Below, in pieces: positions 23,323 to 35,565 of a stretch of DNA of 49,127 nt. The position numbers were made by a program, and so were the translations under genes. Numbering within the stretch: position 1 is the first letter of the stretch; each line of letters starts with the position of its first letter. Below the pieces are notes generated by a model. That model was not told the DNA's origin. It was given only the letters and a program-made list of their open reading frames with translations, and did not search any database. The DNA is from Chiloscyllium plagiosum (lineage: Eukaryota), in contig NC_057752.1 in NCBI RefSeq assembly GCF_004010195.1, positions 5,022,879 to 5,072,005 of the forward strand, in the 5' to 3' direction.

Positions 23323-24029
23323 CGCACCACCTTCTGCTCTGATCTCACCTTCTCGGAAGGCAGCCACTCTGGGTGCCATTCTATGTGTGTTTGTGACCTT
23401 CTGGTGATCCACCAAAGTGGCATGTGAGTGAATGACTGGATCACTTCGCCAGCCCTGTCCTCCACACCTGTCATTTCTAGCAGGACTGGCTAGACTGTGA
23501 TCAGAAGCATTGTCTGATTTCACCAGCTTCATGCCTCGTGCCCCAAGAGACACGGAATCCAACTGTACTCTGCCACAGGCATCTGTTCACCACCAGGATA
23601 TTTGCTTGTGTTTTTCTCCAGCCCTGTGCTCACATATTGCTGCCCTGTAGGCAATGTATATCGGAGCTTTTCCACCATTCCATTGGGTGTAAGACATGTT
23701 GAAGGTGGGGTAAAGCAGGCTCCCCAGTCCTGCCATTCTTCACAGTGAAGCAGATTGAAATTCAGTGAACAGTTCTGACCTGTGTCAGCTGATTTCAGCC
23801 CGGGCTTATTGGTTAGAATACAGCACCTGGCACCTCTTCCCTTCCAGCAGCCACTGTTAGCTCAGGACAGCCAAAGATCAGTACCTCAGCTACAAATAAT
23901 GTATGTGAAGATGTTGAGTCAGAAAGAGGACCGCTTGCCTCACCTGGGATGCACTCTGGAATCAAATGGGAGTGGGGAGGAAACGTTTTGCCTTTCTATC
24001 ATTCCTAACGGTTTGGCACAAGCGTTGAA

Positions 24030-24340
24030 CATCTCTGAAACACTTAAAAGAATTTCCTGGCATGTTGTGTCTGATGTAGGAAATGCAGCAGCCAATGTGC
24101 ACACAGCAAGCTCCCATGAGCAGCAAACCTTTTTGTGATGTTGATTAAGGGATACATATTGGTCACAAGATCCACCCCAGCAGGCTGGGAAGGCCTCAGT
24201 TCTGTATTTCCTCCAAAGACAGTGCCTCTGACCTCTGACAGTATAGCACTCCCTTGGTGATGCACTGGTATATCAGCCTTAATTATTGTGTTCAAGCCCC
24301 ACAGTGGGCCTTGAACTTGGCATCTTTGAAGCCACAGCTA
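24030..24340 (-). mobile_element. Deu-domain SINE (SacSINE1-like), decayed
   Basis: gtaggaaatgcagcagccaatgtgcacacagcaagctccca..gacagtatagcactccc..tgcactgg..tcagcct..cttgaac; collinear with 39060-39315. Confidence 0.7.
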
Positions 24341-26469
24341 GCTCACTGGCACAAAAAAAACTATCTGAACTATTCTGTCCAAATGCATATGGACTGACTG
24401 GCCGATGGGGCTAAGACACTGCTGTGAGGGTGGCTGGGGGGGGGGGGGGGGTTGGTGACTGAGGACTGTGTTCCCGAGACTAGGGTTAGTTTATTTGGAA
24501 GGGGAAGGGAGTTTTGTTTCTTTGTTGAAGACTGAAAGCATTCTGATATGTTATGTGTTGAAAGCCAGTGAGTGGCCTGCGCTGAGACATGAGGCTGTGA
24601 ATGAAGCTGTCTTTGCTCAGCCTTGTGCCCAGCCAGCGCTGGAAGTGACAAGTTGAATCCGCCTTGCCTATACAATGAGGTGCGAGTGCCTGTCTCTCAC
24701 GCGAGTCTGTCAGCCAGTTGGAAACTGGCCTTGGGAGTCAAGTTGTATTTACATCCTGCCATTTCCTGTCACAGCAGTTTCTAACCCTGATTCAGAGGCT
24801 TTCTCTTTCTGTCCTGGGCCCCACCCTTCCCCCAGCATTCCTCCACACATGCTGGAATCAGAAATGCTTGGATTATCAGGACAATACGCTGTCACAAAGA
24901 ATTTTGATTTATCAGATATCATCTGCAATAAAATTACAAATGATTTCAGTGCGGGAAAGCAGCCAAGTGTCAGCCACTACCTGCAGGCGATGGACAGGCA
25001 GCCACACCCTGAGGGCCTTGTACTCCCAGCAATGCCTGGCAGTTTACTGGACCAGAGACAATGAGGCGAGCAAAACCCATTTCTTTTCTTGAGTGATCTA
25101 ACAGTTTTCTCAAAGTAAATGTTATATATTCCAGATACAGCGATTGTATTTCCTGTCTTTTGTTTCAGGAAACCAAAAATACTGCTTGATGTTCTTTTTC
25201 TCTGCTGTATTTTAACCCCTTGAGAATTGGACAATCTACTTCATCCTGGAAACAAACAAATGAAATGTACTGTCAGAGCCAAATGCTGGAATCGGGGTAG
25301 ATTATCTGAGGCTTTGCTCTCTGCTAGGGTATGGGTCCAAAGGCCTTTTTGTGACACAAGCAAGATCCCTTGAATAAAGATGGTTTCACTCAAGCTAAGA
25401 CTGTTCGTGTGCGTGAGGTGGGAGCTGTGTGTCTGCTTAGATGTGTGCATACTTTTCAATAAGAATAACTGGGCATTGGGAGCTGTGGGCATTTTGTTTC
25501 TGATCTCTTATCCACCCAAAGAGAAAAAAAACAGTAATACTGGGAAATGAATGGACTGGTTGTACTGGAGCTCTGTTCTGAGACTGAGATATACAAGACA
25601 GTCTGGACCCAATAGGCGTCATTCACAAGTTTCACTGGGTTTTACCCCCTTCAGCTTGTGTTTGAAGCCAGAGTGAAGATGGAGCCTGCTTTGTATGGCT
25701 CAGCACCTCATTAGATGTTGTCATGACCCACTCAGCAACCTGGAGAGCTGTGGCTTTGCAATTTGGAAGCCTGTGGGCACACTTGCTGCGGGTTTTATCC
25801 TCAACCTGAAGGAAGGGAACCAAATTTCCATCCAACAACTTGCTTGTCCGTTTTATAAGCCAGGATGTCCCACAGCTTAGTAAGCAGATTTGTCTGTGTC
25901 TGCCTCAGTGTGATGTGCAGGTAGATTTTGACAATGTAGCAAAAGGTTTATGTCATGTGGGTACATTCTATTTTTAGCCCCAGTCTACCAAAACATAGCT
26001 TGATTGAGGTGTCTCTTTTCGGACAATTTGTATCTTGTGTCATTCCTCGACTAGTGCAGTGGGCTATATTTTTGAACAATAATTCCTGTGTCTCTGTAAA
26101 TCTTCTCTCTAACATAAAAATTGCAAACTTAATGACTGGGATGTATCTAGATCACTTTTCACCATCATGATGATCTCGATTAATGGGTCTACAACAGACC
26201 AAGAGACAGACAAGGGAGAACTCAAGACATGAAGAGCTTTAATACAGTTGGTTCACAATCACTGTTACTCCAGATCATACTATGCTCACTACGTCATGTC
26301 CCTTGTAACTCATACACTGCATCCTAAAATATTATTGTCTGAAAAAGATCTATGTCATTTGCTTCCAGCATGTCTTTAGGGAATCTGCTCCATAGATTGA
26401 CCACTCACTCACTGAACTACTTAGCAGATTAGGTTTGAATTTAACCTCCCCCTGCAGTACCCCACTGCT

Positions 26470-26700
26470 CCCCACGCACACACTCTCACTCTCCCTTACA
26501 CACACACATGCTCTCTGTCACAAACACCCGCTCTCTCTCCCACGAATGCACAGACATGCTCTCTCTCTCACACATACACATACACTCCCGTACAGACACA
26601 CATACAAACACAGATACACAAGCTCACACATGTACACGCTCTCTTTCTCACATACTCTCACATATATACATTGTCCCTTACACTCTCTCACACACACATA
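26470..26700. repeat. CA/CT-rich low-complexity tract
   Basis: Read directly from the sequence. Confidence 0.85.
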
Positions 26701-26704
26701 TATG

Positions 26705-27433
26705 CAAGTGTGAACATCTCTGGTTGATGCAAACGTGAATGTCTCTGACTGGTACAAGTTTTTATTTTATTCATTCATGGGAGTCACTGGGCCATCCCTA
26801 TTGGCCCAGAGGGCAGCTAAGTGTCAACCCCATTGCTGTGAGTCTGGATTCACATACAGGCCAGACCAGGTAAGGATGGTAGTTTCCTCCCCTAAAGGAC
26901 ATTAGTGAACCGGATGGGTTTTTCTGACAATTGACAGTGGATGCATGGCCATCATTAAACTCTAAATCGAAGATGTTTATTGAATTTAAATGCCACCATC
27001 TGCTGTGGAGGAATTTGAACCTGTGTCCCCAGAACATTACCTGGGTTTCTGGTTTAACAGTCCAGCAATAATACTACTAGGCCATCACCTCCCCCTAACT
27101 GTGGGCATCTCTGGGTGGTACAAGTGTGGGCATCTCTTGCTGGTACAAATGTGGGCATCTCTGGCTGGTACAAGTGTGGGTGTCTCAGGTTGGTACAAGT
27201 GTGGTCATCTCTGGTTAGTACAAGTGTGGGGCATCTCTGGTTGGTACAAGTGTGGGGCTCACTGGTTGGTACAAGTGTGAATGTCTCTGGTTGGTACAAG
27301 TGTGCGCGTCTCTACCTGGTACGGGTATGAATATCTCTAGCTGGTCCAAGTGTGAAAATGTCTGATTGGTACAAGTGTTGGTATCTCTGGCTGGTACAAT
27401 TGTAAATGTCTCTGGCTGGTACAATTGTGGGCA
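26705..27433. repeat. 25-bp minisatellite (~2 + ~13 units) split by a SINE insertion
   Basis: Consensus gtgtgggcatctctggttggtacaa at 26705-26759 and 27099-27433. Confidence 0.92.
26760..27095 (-). mobile_element. Full-length tRNA-derived SINE (family of 4165-4441)
   Basis: Minus strand head ggggaggtgatggcctagtagta (A box) and ggttcaaatt (B box); tail atgaatgaataaaataaaa. Confidence 0.88.
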
Positions 27434-29449
27434 TTATAACTGACATCACTTGGGATGTGAGACCACCAGAAAGTTGAGACTAGAAAGAGAGAGAGAGAGT
27501 CCCAACACTAGTCAAAATAATGTTGGCTTGCTTAAGGATCCCAATAGGATTTCCATTGTGAATAGCTATAACCTCAGCTATCCGACTTCAACAATTAATG
27601 TTGTGTTTCAACATCATCTAAATACTTGAATGACTGCTCCATTTGTAGTCACCGCTGGGATTTAGGACTCTTCCTGCCAGGAACAATCTGCAGAGCTGCT
27701 GACCTCTGGCTTTTAACCCTAGGGCATATTGGCTGGATTTTGTTCTGTTCCCATTACATTTACTGTACTGATATTTGTTTAACCCCTTGAGAACCAAATG
27801 GGCATTCCTGCTGTTTTATTTGCCAGGCTGAGATTGAGAATGTGCCTTGTGGGCAATTGCATTGCTGGAGTGAGCTCCCATTTCTCATTAGCAGTATCTG
27901 TTGCTGAACCATTCCACGGTGCTATTCAGTGTTAATTGTGATTCATTTTCTCCCCTCTCCCCCGATTGCACCAAAATAAATTTCACAGTTCAAAAAGCAA
28001 TTGTTTGTCATGTAGAATCCATATAGAATATGTTATTTGAGTAACCTACTTGACTCTAAGCACCCAGGGGTTCTCTATAAATATATTATCTTTGAAGAGC
28101 TGCATACAATAAAATGGTCTTAATGGGAACAGACTATTAATGAGAAGCCGACAAATGGTGATTCCTGGCTTATTTTCTCTCCCTTCACAATCCACAGACA
28201 AAGATGCCAATTGTAACACCCCCCCACCCTGACAACTTCTGCTGCTTTGTCATCAAGTTCAAACATGGGGCATATCAAGTGAGAACAAGTTTGGGCTTGA
28301 CTTTGGTACTGGCTGCAACCCCAGTCACCTGCTAACACTCAACTGGCCGACCATTGACTGGTTGCTGATGGAAATGGGGTGGGGAGAATAGAAAATAAAC
28401 CAAGTTTACTTTATCAGGTGAAAGTTTGCCTGCAGAATGCCTCCTGCCTTGCAGTATAGGGAAGCAACACTCAAGCAGGTGTAACATAGCTATCCACATG
28501 ATAGTACTGAATGGTGATGGTTTGTTGGAGTTGCTGCAATGAGTTCCTGTTAATTGCATGTCTCCACTCTGATTTGATGACTGTCTGAGATTGCTGATTG
28601 ATTTCATTGGTGAGAGAGTTTAATTAAATTCATCCAACAGGTCCTAATGGGAGAGGAAGCATTTCTGAAACTCACTCCCATCCTGAGAAAGGCCTGTATC
28701 TTTGGAATGGATTTTGGCAGCGTAACAATATTCCGGAATGTGGGAGAGGCGCGCTCTATTAATTGTACATTTACTACCAAGTAAAACAATTTTATTTTGA
28801 TTTTAGAGCATCCAATTTCCCAACCCAGAATGTGTCACACTCTCAGCTATTTTTACTCCTGCAGCTCGGAAGCAGAGGAAACCATGTTGCATTGCAGGAA
28901 GTTACATGCAAAGCACTGTAATTTAGTCGGGAACTCATGGGCCAAAGAATGAGATCCCAGTAAATCTCTTTACCGGAGTTGGGGGGGGTAACACCAGCTC
29001 TAAAAACATTCCTGAAAACTGGAGGAAAGATCTTGGGACTCTTGGAGGGAAAGGAGTGCCTTTTGTAGAGCTAATTGTTTCACATAAACTGAGATCTTTA
29101 TCCAAGGAAACTTTCTTTTACATTATTGAAAACCTATTGTTTTGTATGCAGTGTAGAATGGATCCAAAAATATGGAAATATTACACACTGCCTTAGTTTA
29201 TGAGTCCAATATTTTTTTCTTCCTCTGGATTCTTCTCCCGTAATGAAGTTGATTTCTTACTGGAGTTTGAGTTCCATAAGCACTGGTTGCTCTCCATCAG
29301 CTTCCCCCAAATAGTCATTATTCATTTGACAGCCAATATTGAATCCCAACCAACTACTCGACAATGTACTCAACAACTGAGAAGCCAATCTGTAGTCAGA
29401 CCGGGGGGGGGGCAGTGGAGTAACATAACAAGCCACCACATGACATGAG

Positions 29450-30290
29450 TGCAGGAGAGGACCTCACTGTTACCAGGGAGGCCGTGGCTTCAGCTCCTGG
29501 TTATGGTAGGCCCAGAGCCGGAGACTCCTGGTGATCGGCGGGGCAGCGACTTCAGCTCCTGGTTAGGCCCAGAGCCGGAGACCCCTGGTGATCGGCGGGG
29601 CAGCGACTTCAGCTCCTGGTTAGGCCCAGAGCCGGAGACCCCTGGTGATCGGCGAGGCAGCGGCTTCAGCTCCTGATTATGGTAGGCCCAGAGCCAGAGA
29701 CTCCTGGTTATCGGTGAGGCGGTGATGGCAGCTCCTGGTTATGGTTGTCCCAAAGCCGGGCCTCTTGGTAATCGGTGAGGCAGCGACTGCAGCTCCTCGT
29801 TATGGTAGACCCAGAACTGGGGCCTCCTGGTTATCAGTGGGGCAGCGATGGCAGCTCCTGGTTATGGTTGGCCCAGAGCTGGGGACTCCTGGTTATCGGC
29901 GAGGTGGAGGCGATTGCAGTGTGAAGGGGGCTCCTGGTTGCGGAGCAATTGTGGGTCTAGCATGGGACTTAGATCGTCGAGGTGGGCCCAGCAGTGAAGG
30001 GGTGACGCCTGAAGAGCAGCAACTCTGACATTGGTGGGTCTTGCACAGGCAGCAGTGAGGTGGTGGAGGAGGGATAGTAGTGCAGGTGTTACTGGTGCCC
30101 CAGCTCAGGGCTCAGGACTCATGGCAGAGGCAGCGGAACAAAGATGGACTCTCCTTCAGACATATCTTTTTATTCTTAAACTATTCAAAATGGCGACAGA
30201 TTGTTGTGACTGTTGAAGCTTTTCACTGTATTTTACCATATTATTCACAGTAACATACAAATGACAATAAATCATCATTAATTCATTCAT
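29450..30290 (+). mobile_element. GC-rich non-autonomous retroposon with a 57-62 bp VNTR and a Rex1/Babar-type tail
   Basis: cagctcct anchors at 29491, 29553, 29610, 29667, 29729, 29790 and 29852. The 3' end shares cttttcactgtat and tgacaataa with the Rex1 tail at 20154-20186 and ends in short (tca/ttca) repeats. Confidence 0.65.
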
Positions 30291-31054
30291 GTAAATGCAG
30301 GTTTGTACTTTTTTCTACAGAGGGCATTTCATGTGTGCATGCCGAGAGTAAATAGCATTCAGGAGACAAAGCTCTGGCCAACAATTGTTCTATCCTCCTT
30401 TCGCATCATGTACAGATCAAATGTGACACCCTCTACTGCATTCCAAATGAGATCAGTGAATGCAGCACAAACCAGGGATTGAAACCAGGGAGAGGGGAGC
30501 AGCTCAATTCCTTCTTATCAGGTAGCAGGCGGGCCTCCAGCTGCCTCCCTGCTGTTTTTCTCCTGCTGCTGCCAATACAGTCCACCTCTCTCCTTTTCCA
30601 GCTCTTCCACCTCGATCTACAGTGCAGTGGACAAGGATCTACCCTTTTGCCCAGGGTAGATTCAGTTGCAGGATATTGATTTAACTAAGCCTGATTTTGG
30701 AGATCAACCCATTTCTAGCACTTGACCTTTGGAATAGTGGGCAACAACTGGACATCACTGTCCAATGGGAGAGGGATTGCCTATGGGGTGACCAATCAGA
30801 TAATTCATTTCTCAATAAAAGCAAACAAAAAAGTAAACAGTATCCTTCTTTAATCTGCTGTTAAGATTTGGGTGATCCTAATATGGCTGCATTTATTCTC
30901 CTCCTTAATTATCCTGAGAAACTAGTTGTAGATCTTTTGCAATGATGATTTTTACAACTGAATTCTTTATTGAAGATATGATAAAGGTGCACAGTACATA
31001 TTGTTATCATGTGGGAATTTGGATTGTTAAAATAGAATGAAATAGAGTTTGGTA

Positions 31055-31173
31055 TCTGGATTCGTGGTGCTGGAAGAGCACAGCAGTCCTCGGATGCTGC
31101 CTGAACTGCTGTGCTCTTCCAGCACCACTAATCCAGAATCTGGTTTCCAGCATCTGCAATCATTGTTTTTACC
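31055..31173. mobile_element. Short palindromic non-autonomous element (PLE-derived family of 42204-42326) with a 13-bp direct flank
   Basis: Inverted arms tctggattcgtggtgctggaagagcacagcag and ctgctgtgctcttccagcaccactaatccaga. AGAGTTTGGTATC at 31044-31056 and 31174-31186. Confidence 0.85.
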
Positions 31174-31274
31174 AGAGTTTGGTATCAGTTCTGTGAAGTA
31201 AACTTTTATTTTACAAGAGGCCAGAAGGTTATTTGGAACAGTCACCTAAATATATCAGTTCCAAGAAAATATAT

Positions 31275-31603
31275 AGTCATAGATTCATAGAGATGTACAG
31301 CATGGAAACAGATCTTTCAGTCCAATTCATTCATGCTGACCAGATACCCTAAATTAATCTAGTCCCATTTCCCAGCACCTGGTCCATATCCCTCTGAACT
31401 TTTCTTAATCATGTACCCATCCAGATGCTTTTTAAATGTTGTAATTGTACCAGCCCCCACCACTTTCTCTGGCAGCTCATTCCATACACATACCACCCTC
31501 TGCGTGAAAGAGTTGCCCCTAAGGTCCCTGTTAAATCTTTCCCCTCTCACCTTAAACTTATGCCCTCTAGTTCAGCACTCCCCCACTCCAGAGAAAAGAC
31601 CTA
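31275..31603 (-). mobile_element. CR1 3' end
   Basis: RGERFNRDLRGNSFTQRVVCVWNELPEKVVGAG..GYGPGAGKWD* plus the tail. Confidence 0.92.
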
Positions 31604-31724
31604 TAATTCAGTTAAGTGCTGAGCAGAATGACTGTGATGTTAACTGATGAAATGTTTGAACTGTTAAGTTTAAGACTTACAGAGAAACAAATGATCAGGG
31701 CTCACTCCAGTTTAGAAGGATTAG

Positions 31725-31877
31725 AAACAGAAAATGCTGGAGAAACTCAGCAGGTCTGGCAGCATCTGTGAAGAAACAGAAATAGGGTTAACATTTTGAG
31801 TCCAATATGACTTTTTTTTAAATCCAGAAGTCATATCAGACTAAAAATGTTAACTCTGTTTCTCTTTCTCTCCATAG
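31725..31877. mobile_element. Short PLE-derived non-autonomous element with inverted arms (family of 39489-39610)
   Basis: ctggagaaactcagcaggtctggcagcatctg..gttaacattttgagtc is followed by its inverse gactaaaaatgttaactctgtttctc. Confidence 0.75.
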
Positions 31878-31944
31878 TAGAGGGGTTTTAAGTTTGTGAA
31901 GTTGCCAAGATGTGAGAGTTCATATAGAAGTTTTTACCTTGTCA

Positions 31945-32635
31945 GTATTGGCTTTTATATCTAAAGGAACTGAATATAAAGGTAAGGAAGCATTGTTGCA
32001 ACTATGCAAGGTATTGGTGAGACCGCACATGGAATATTGTGCACGGTTTTGGGCTCCTTATTTCAGGAAAGATGTAGTGGCATTGGGGGCAATTCAGAGG
32101 AGGTTCACTAGACTGATCCCAGAGATGAAGGGTTTGTTGTATGAAGAGAGATTGAACAGTTTATACTCTCTGGAATTTAGAAGAATGAGGGGAGATCAAA
32201 TATGACTTCTAGATTTTAAAAAAAGTCATATTGGAATTTAGAAGAATGAGGGGAGATCAAATTGAGGTATTCAAGATGATAAAAGGTGTGGATAAAATAG
32301 ACATGGAGTGGATGCTGCCTCTTGTGCGGCATTCTAGGATGAGGGGTCATAGCCTCAGGATAAGGGGGTAGTAAATTTAAAACAGAGTTGAGGAGAAACT
32401 ACTTCTCCCAAAGGGTTGTGAATCTGTGGAATTCCCTACCCCAAAGTGTGGTGGATGCTGGGACAGTGAGTAAATTTAAGGAGGAGTTCGACAGATTTTT
32501 AATTGGTATTGAGTTGAAGGGATATGGAGAGAAGGCAGGAAAATGGGGGTGAGGAGCATATCAGCCATGATTGAATGGCAGAGGAAATTCGATGGGTCTA
32601 ATTCTGTTCCTATATCTTATGAACGTATGAACTTA
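31945..32635 (+). mobile_element. CR1 3' part with a 31-bp duplication and templated insertion
   Basis: LAFISKGTEYKGKEALLQLCKVLVRPHMEYCARFWAPY..QRRFTRLIP, RNYFSQRVVNLWNSLP; tail cttatgaacgtatgaacttat. Confidence 0.92.
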
Positions 32636-33479
32636 TAATTGAAGAGGTTTAGACAAGCAGAACCAAAAGGAGATTCAGGTCAGCAGAACTGGAAGTCAAC
32701 TGTAAAACAGTCTCAGCAGTCCAAGAAAGAGTCCAAGTAGAGTTGAGGTACGAATCTCTGGGATTGAGTTTCTGCAAAGGTCATTGCAGGGAAACAGGTT
32801 GAAACTTTGATTGCTGTTTGCTTAGATCTTTCTAAACAGTCTTATAACTTTTTTGTGCTTAATAATCATTCTTTCATTTAAGAACATTGGCAGCCTCATA
32901 CGAATATGTTCAGTAACTGACCATCATGGTAACAAAATGCAAAAATTAAACTTAAGATCTATCAAGCCAGGTTTCATGCAAGGATATGACTTATCCAGTA
33001 TTATTATGAGCTGGGATCATAGCAAAGAGTACAAGAGCCAATAATGTTGTGTAGAATTGGAGTTCAATGTAGGTGAAGCCAAAACAGAGATAACTCGTTC
33101 CCATCCCCGAACATCAGTGGAACAGTGGATTTTTCTATGGGTTTTCTGCTGCCAACCCACAGATAACCAGATTTTTTGACATCTTCATTGGGAGTCGAAT
33201 CTTTTATGGGGATTCCTGAAGTGGAGTCAACCTTCTGAAGTGAGGTCAGCCAACTAGCTGGCTGCTGATTGGAAGTAAGCAAAAAGTTGTCTGCTTTCAC
33301 TTCTCTGTATTGGACAGGATGGCCCTTTATTTTGTGAAAGGTATCCAAAACTCCATCTTGTAAAATGTTGGGGGTCCAGGAATAGGGAGGCCTGACAGTT
33401 CATGTTCATAAATTCTTGCCAGTAGCACGACAAGTTGAGTCGGCTCAATTATGCATGATTTATAAATTGAAACACCTTT

Positions 33480-33710
33480 ATAAATCACGGCATAGTTCTC
33501 AGCTGTAGTACTGTCTTCGGTTCTGGGACACCGTACTATGGAAGATGTTTGGGTCTTGATGAAGCCACAGAGGATATTTACTAAAATAGTATAAGGATGG
33601 GTGATTTAGTTATGTGGGGAGGCTGAAGGAGATTGGCTTGTTCTCCTTAAAAACAGAGCATGCATGATGGGTCAAACAGCTTCCTCTCACACTGCATGAT
33701 TTTATGAGCA
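33480..33710 (+). mobile_element. Highly decayed CR1 3' fragment
   Basis: cagctgtagtactgtcttcggttctgg (QL*YCLRFW) and ggaggctgaaggagattggcttgttctcctta (RLKEIGLFSL). Confidence 0.6.
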
Positions 33711-33816
33711 CCAAAAGTTTGTTTTTTTCAAAAGTGAAGATTAATGATTTCACTGGCAGTTCTATGTTAATGATGTGAAGCATTAATGAGTAATATTCAC
33801 TTGATAGTAAAGAACT

Positions 33817-34000
33817 TGAGTATTGCTGAAAGAAGAGACATGCTGTATTGTCTATGCCAATGCCTCAACCAATCAGAATTATATAGTCAAGCAATTAGCA
33901 TTGTCTTCTAATGCACTCTGAATTGAGTTCTGACATTATTGCATGTGTCCAAATAAATGCAAGACACAAACCTACAACAGTAGGCTTTTTTTCAGCATTA
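33817..34000. mobile_element. Decayed PLE pseudo-LTR derivative with inverted termini
   Basis: Starts tattgctgaaa and ends tttcagcatta; the interior aligns with 20785-20940. Confidence 0.55.
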
Positions 34001-34299
34001 GTCATTGGTTAGAAAGGATAGTAATCAAGAATGTTATTTAATTCATAGTAGTTACTGGAGTCACTAGTTATTTCTTACAAAATGCCCTGAGGCATCTTTC
34101 TGCTTTCTGTGGATGACGCACCGGAATAAAAATACAAACTGTTGTTACTTTGCTTTTTGGTGCATCTTCATCATTAAAAGGGCAATTGTGATCCCACATC
34201 ATTTGCCCATCTTTGCCTGGAAACTCTCTATTTTAGGGAAATGAGAAGAGGAGGGGCTGGCAGCCTAGAATCCATTGCACTGCCTCTTTACCTGGTATT

Positions 34300-35550
34300 T
34301 GTGTAATATTTCTGTACATACATGTGCAAATGTCACATTAAAGTCCGCGTGTGTTGATTGAATATAGATGATGAGCAGTGACCTCAGCTTGAGTGTACTG
34401 AAAGCTGGTTTGGCCTCATCAAGAGTTCCCATTGGTAATTCTCCACTAAAGGAATGCATAGAAAGGATTGTAATCACTATCAGTGCACCTCCCCTGCTCG
34501 AAATGCCGGTGTGCGTGGATGTTGAGTGAGGACAGAATTAGACCCTGGTTATCACAGTCTAGGGCCCTCTCGGAATGCGTGAAGTCTTGAAGTTGTGAAG
34601 AGTTGAACGTCTTTATAATCAGGCAGGAAGGGTGGGGAAGGAATTCAGTGCCAGAATGAGTGTGTTCGAGTTTTCTCGGGGAATTGTGGAGAGGGGACTG
34701 AAATGTGTATTTGGATAGTGCACAGTATATTCTCACTTGGCTGCAAGCGAGGAAACGAAATCCTGTACATCGAACCCAGCAAATGACATTTCTACTCGGA
34801 ACTGGAGCGTGAAATCAGAACCGATGAACTGGTGCTGGGGGGGCGGGTTTATTACACCAGATGTAAGTAGGAAAGATCCACCCCTAGTCCCATTGAAATA
34901 TATTTTCTCCTGGTTTCTCTCTAAGTCAATGTTGTAAAACAAGTGCCATGGACAGTACTGATAGCGCCCCCCTCCCCCCAAAGGCTGATTCTTTCCATTA
35001 ATCTCATTCAAAAAGCAAACTTTTCTTTGCCTTCTCAACAATATTCACTCCTCTGTTCATGACGTTGACTAATCTTCACTTCCGCTTGCCCCCCCCCCCC
35101 CCCCCCTACCTCTTGAGCAACCTGTAACTGGGGGGTATGACCCCACACGACACATTTCAGTAAGTTTTGCTATCCAGTCCGCACCATTGAGCGTTTTGAA
35201 ACTTCTCAATGAACATTGATGGGAAATCACGCAATTGCTTTATTTAAGCGAACGTGTACGAATTCATCACAACATCCTCCTTGCTCCTGTGAGATCTCTG
35301 CGCTGCTCCAATTCCAGCCTCTTCCATCTCCACAGTTACCATCACACTGTTATCGGCGGCACTGCCTTCAGCTGCCCGGGCTGGAGCTCTGGAATTCCCT
35401 CCTTAAACCTTTCCGCCTCTCTCTCTCTCTTCGCCTTTAAGGTACTCCTTCATATTGACTCCTGCTTTGGCAGCTGTCCCTGAATATCTCATGTGGGTCA
35501 GTGTTTGTTAACGTCCCTACAGAGCACGCTGGAATGTTTTACTGCAATAA
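34300..35550 (+). promoter_or_regulatory. CpG-enriched candidate promoter/first exon with splice donor GTAAGT at 34863
   Basis: About 15 CpGs in 34490-34850 against a CpG-poor background; GC-box-like ggggcggg near 34838; AT|GTAAGT donor; C-run at 35089-35106. Confidence 0.4.
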
Positions 35551-35565
35551 ATGCTAAATGTAGTT
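35270..35565 (+). mobile_element. L2-type LINE 3' end
   Basis: agatctctgcgctgctccaattcc..gccttcagctgcc..ctctggaattccctcc (GGTAFSC..LWNSL); related to 41380-41590. Confidence 0.7.

Larger units (their letters stand above)
31634..33024. mobile_element. Possible decayed solo LTR carrying later insertions
   Basis: TG...CA-bounded segment ending in atcaagccaggtttc..gctgggatcatagca, which looks like an LTR U5 end. No convincing TSD. Confidence 0.25.

Noticed and set aside
22952..23474. His/Thr-rich and Val/Cys-rich ORFs
   Set aside because: Translations of the (CA)n/(TG)n low-complexity tract.
29449..29676. Repeat protein (GPEPETPGDRRGSDFSSWL)n
   Set aside because: Only the two 57-bp units keep frame; the 61-62 bp units shift it, so there is no sign of coding constraint.
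30515..30620. Minus-strand IEVEELEKERGGLY resembling the EB1/MAPRE LEKERDFY motif
   Set aside because: Only five residues match, the conserved DFYF is absent and the frame stops soon after.
34742..34862. Frame CKRGNEILYIEPSK*HFYSELEREIRTDELVLGGRVYYTR with in-frame TGA (34784) as possible selenocysteine
   Set aside because: No similarity to a selenoprotein I know, no redox motif, no SECIS seen and no acceptor or start for this frame.
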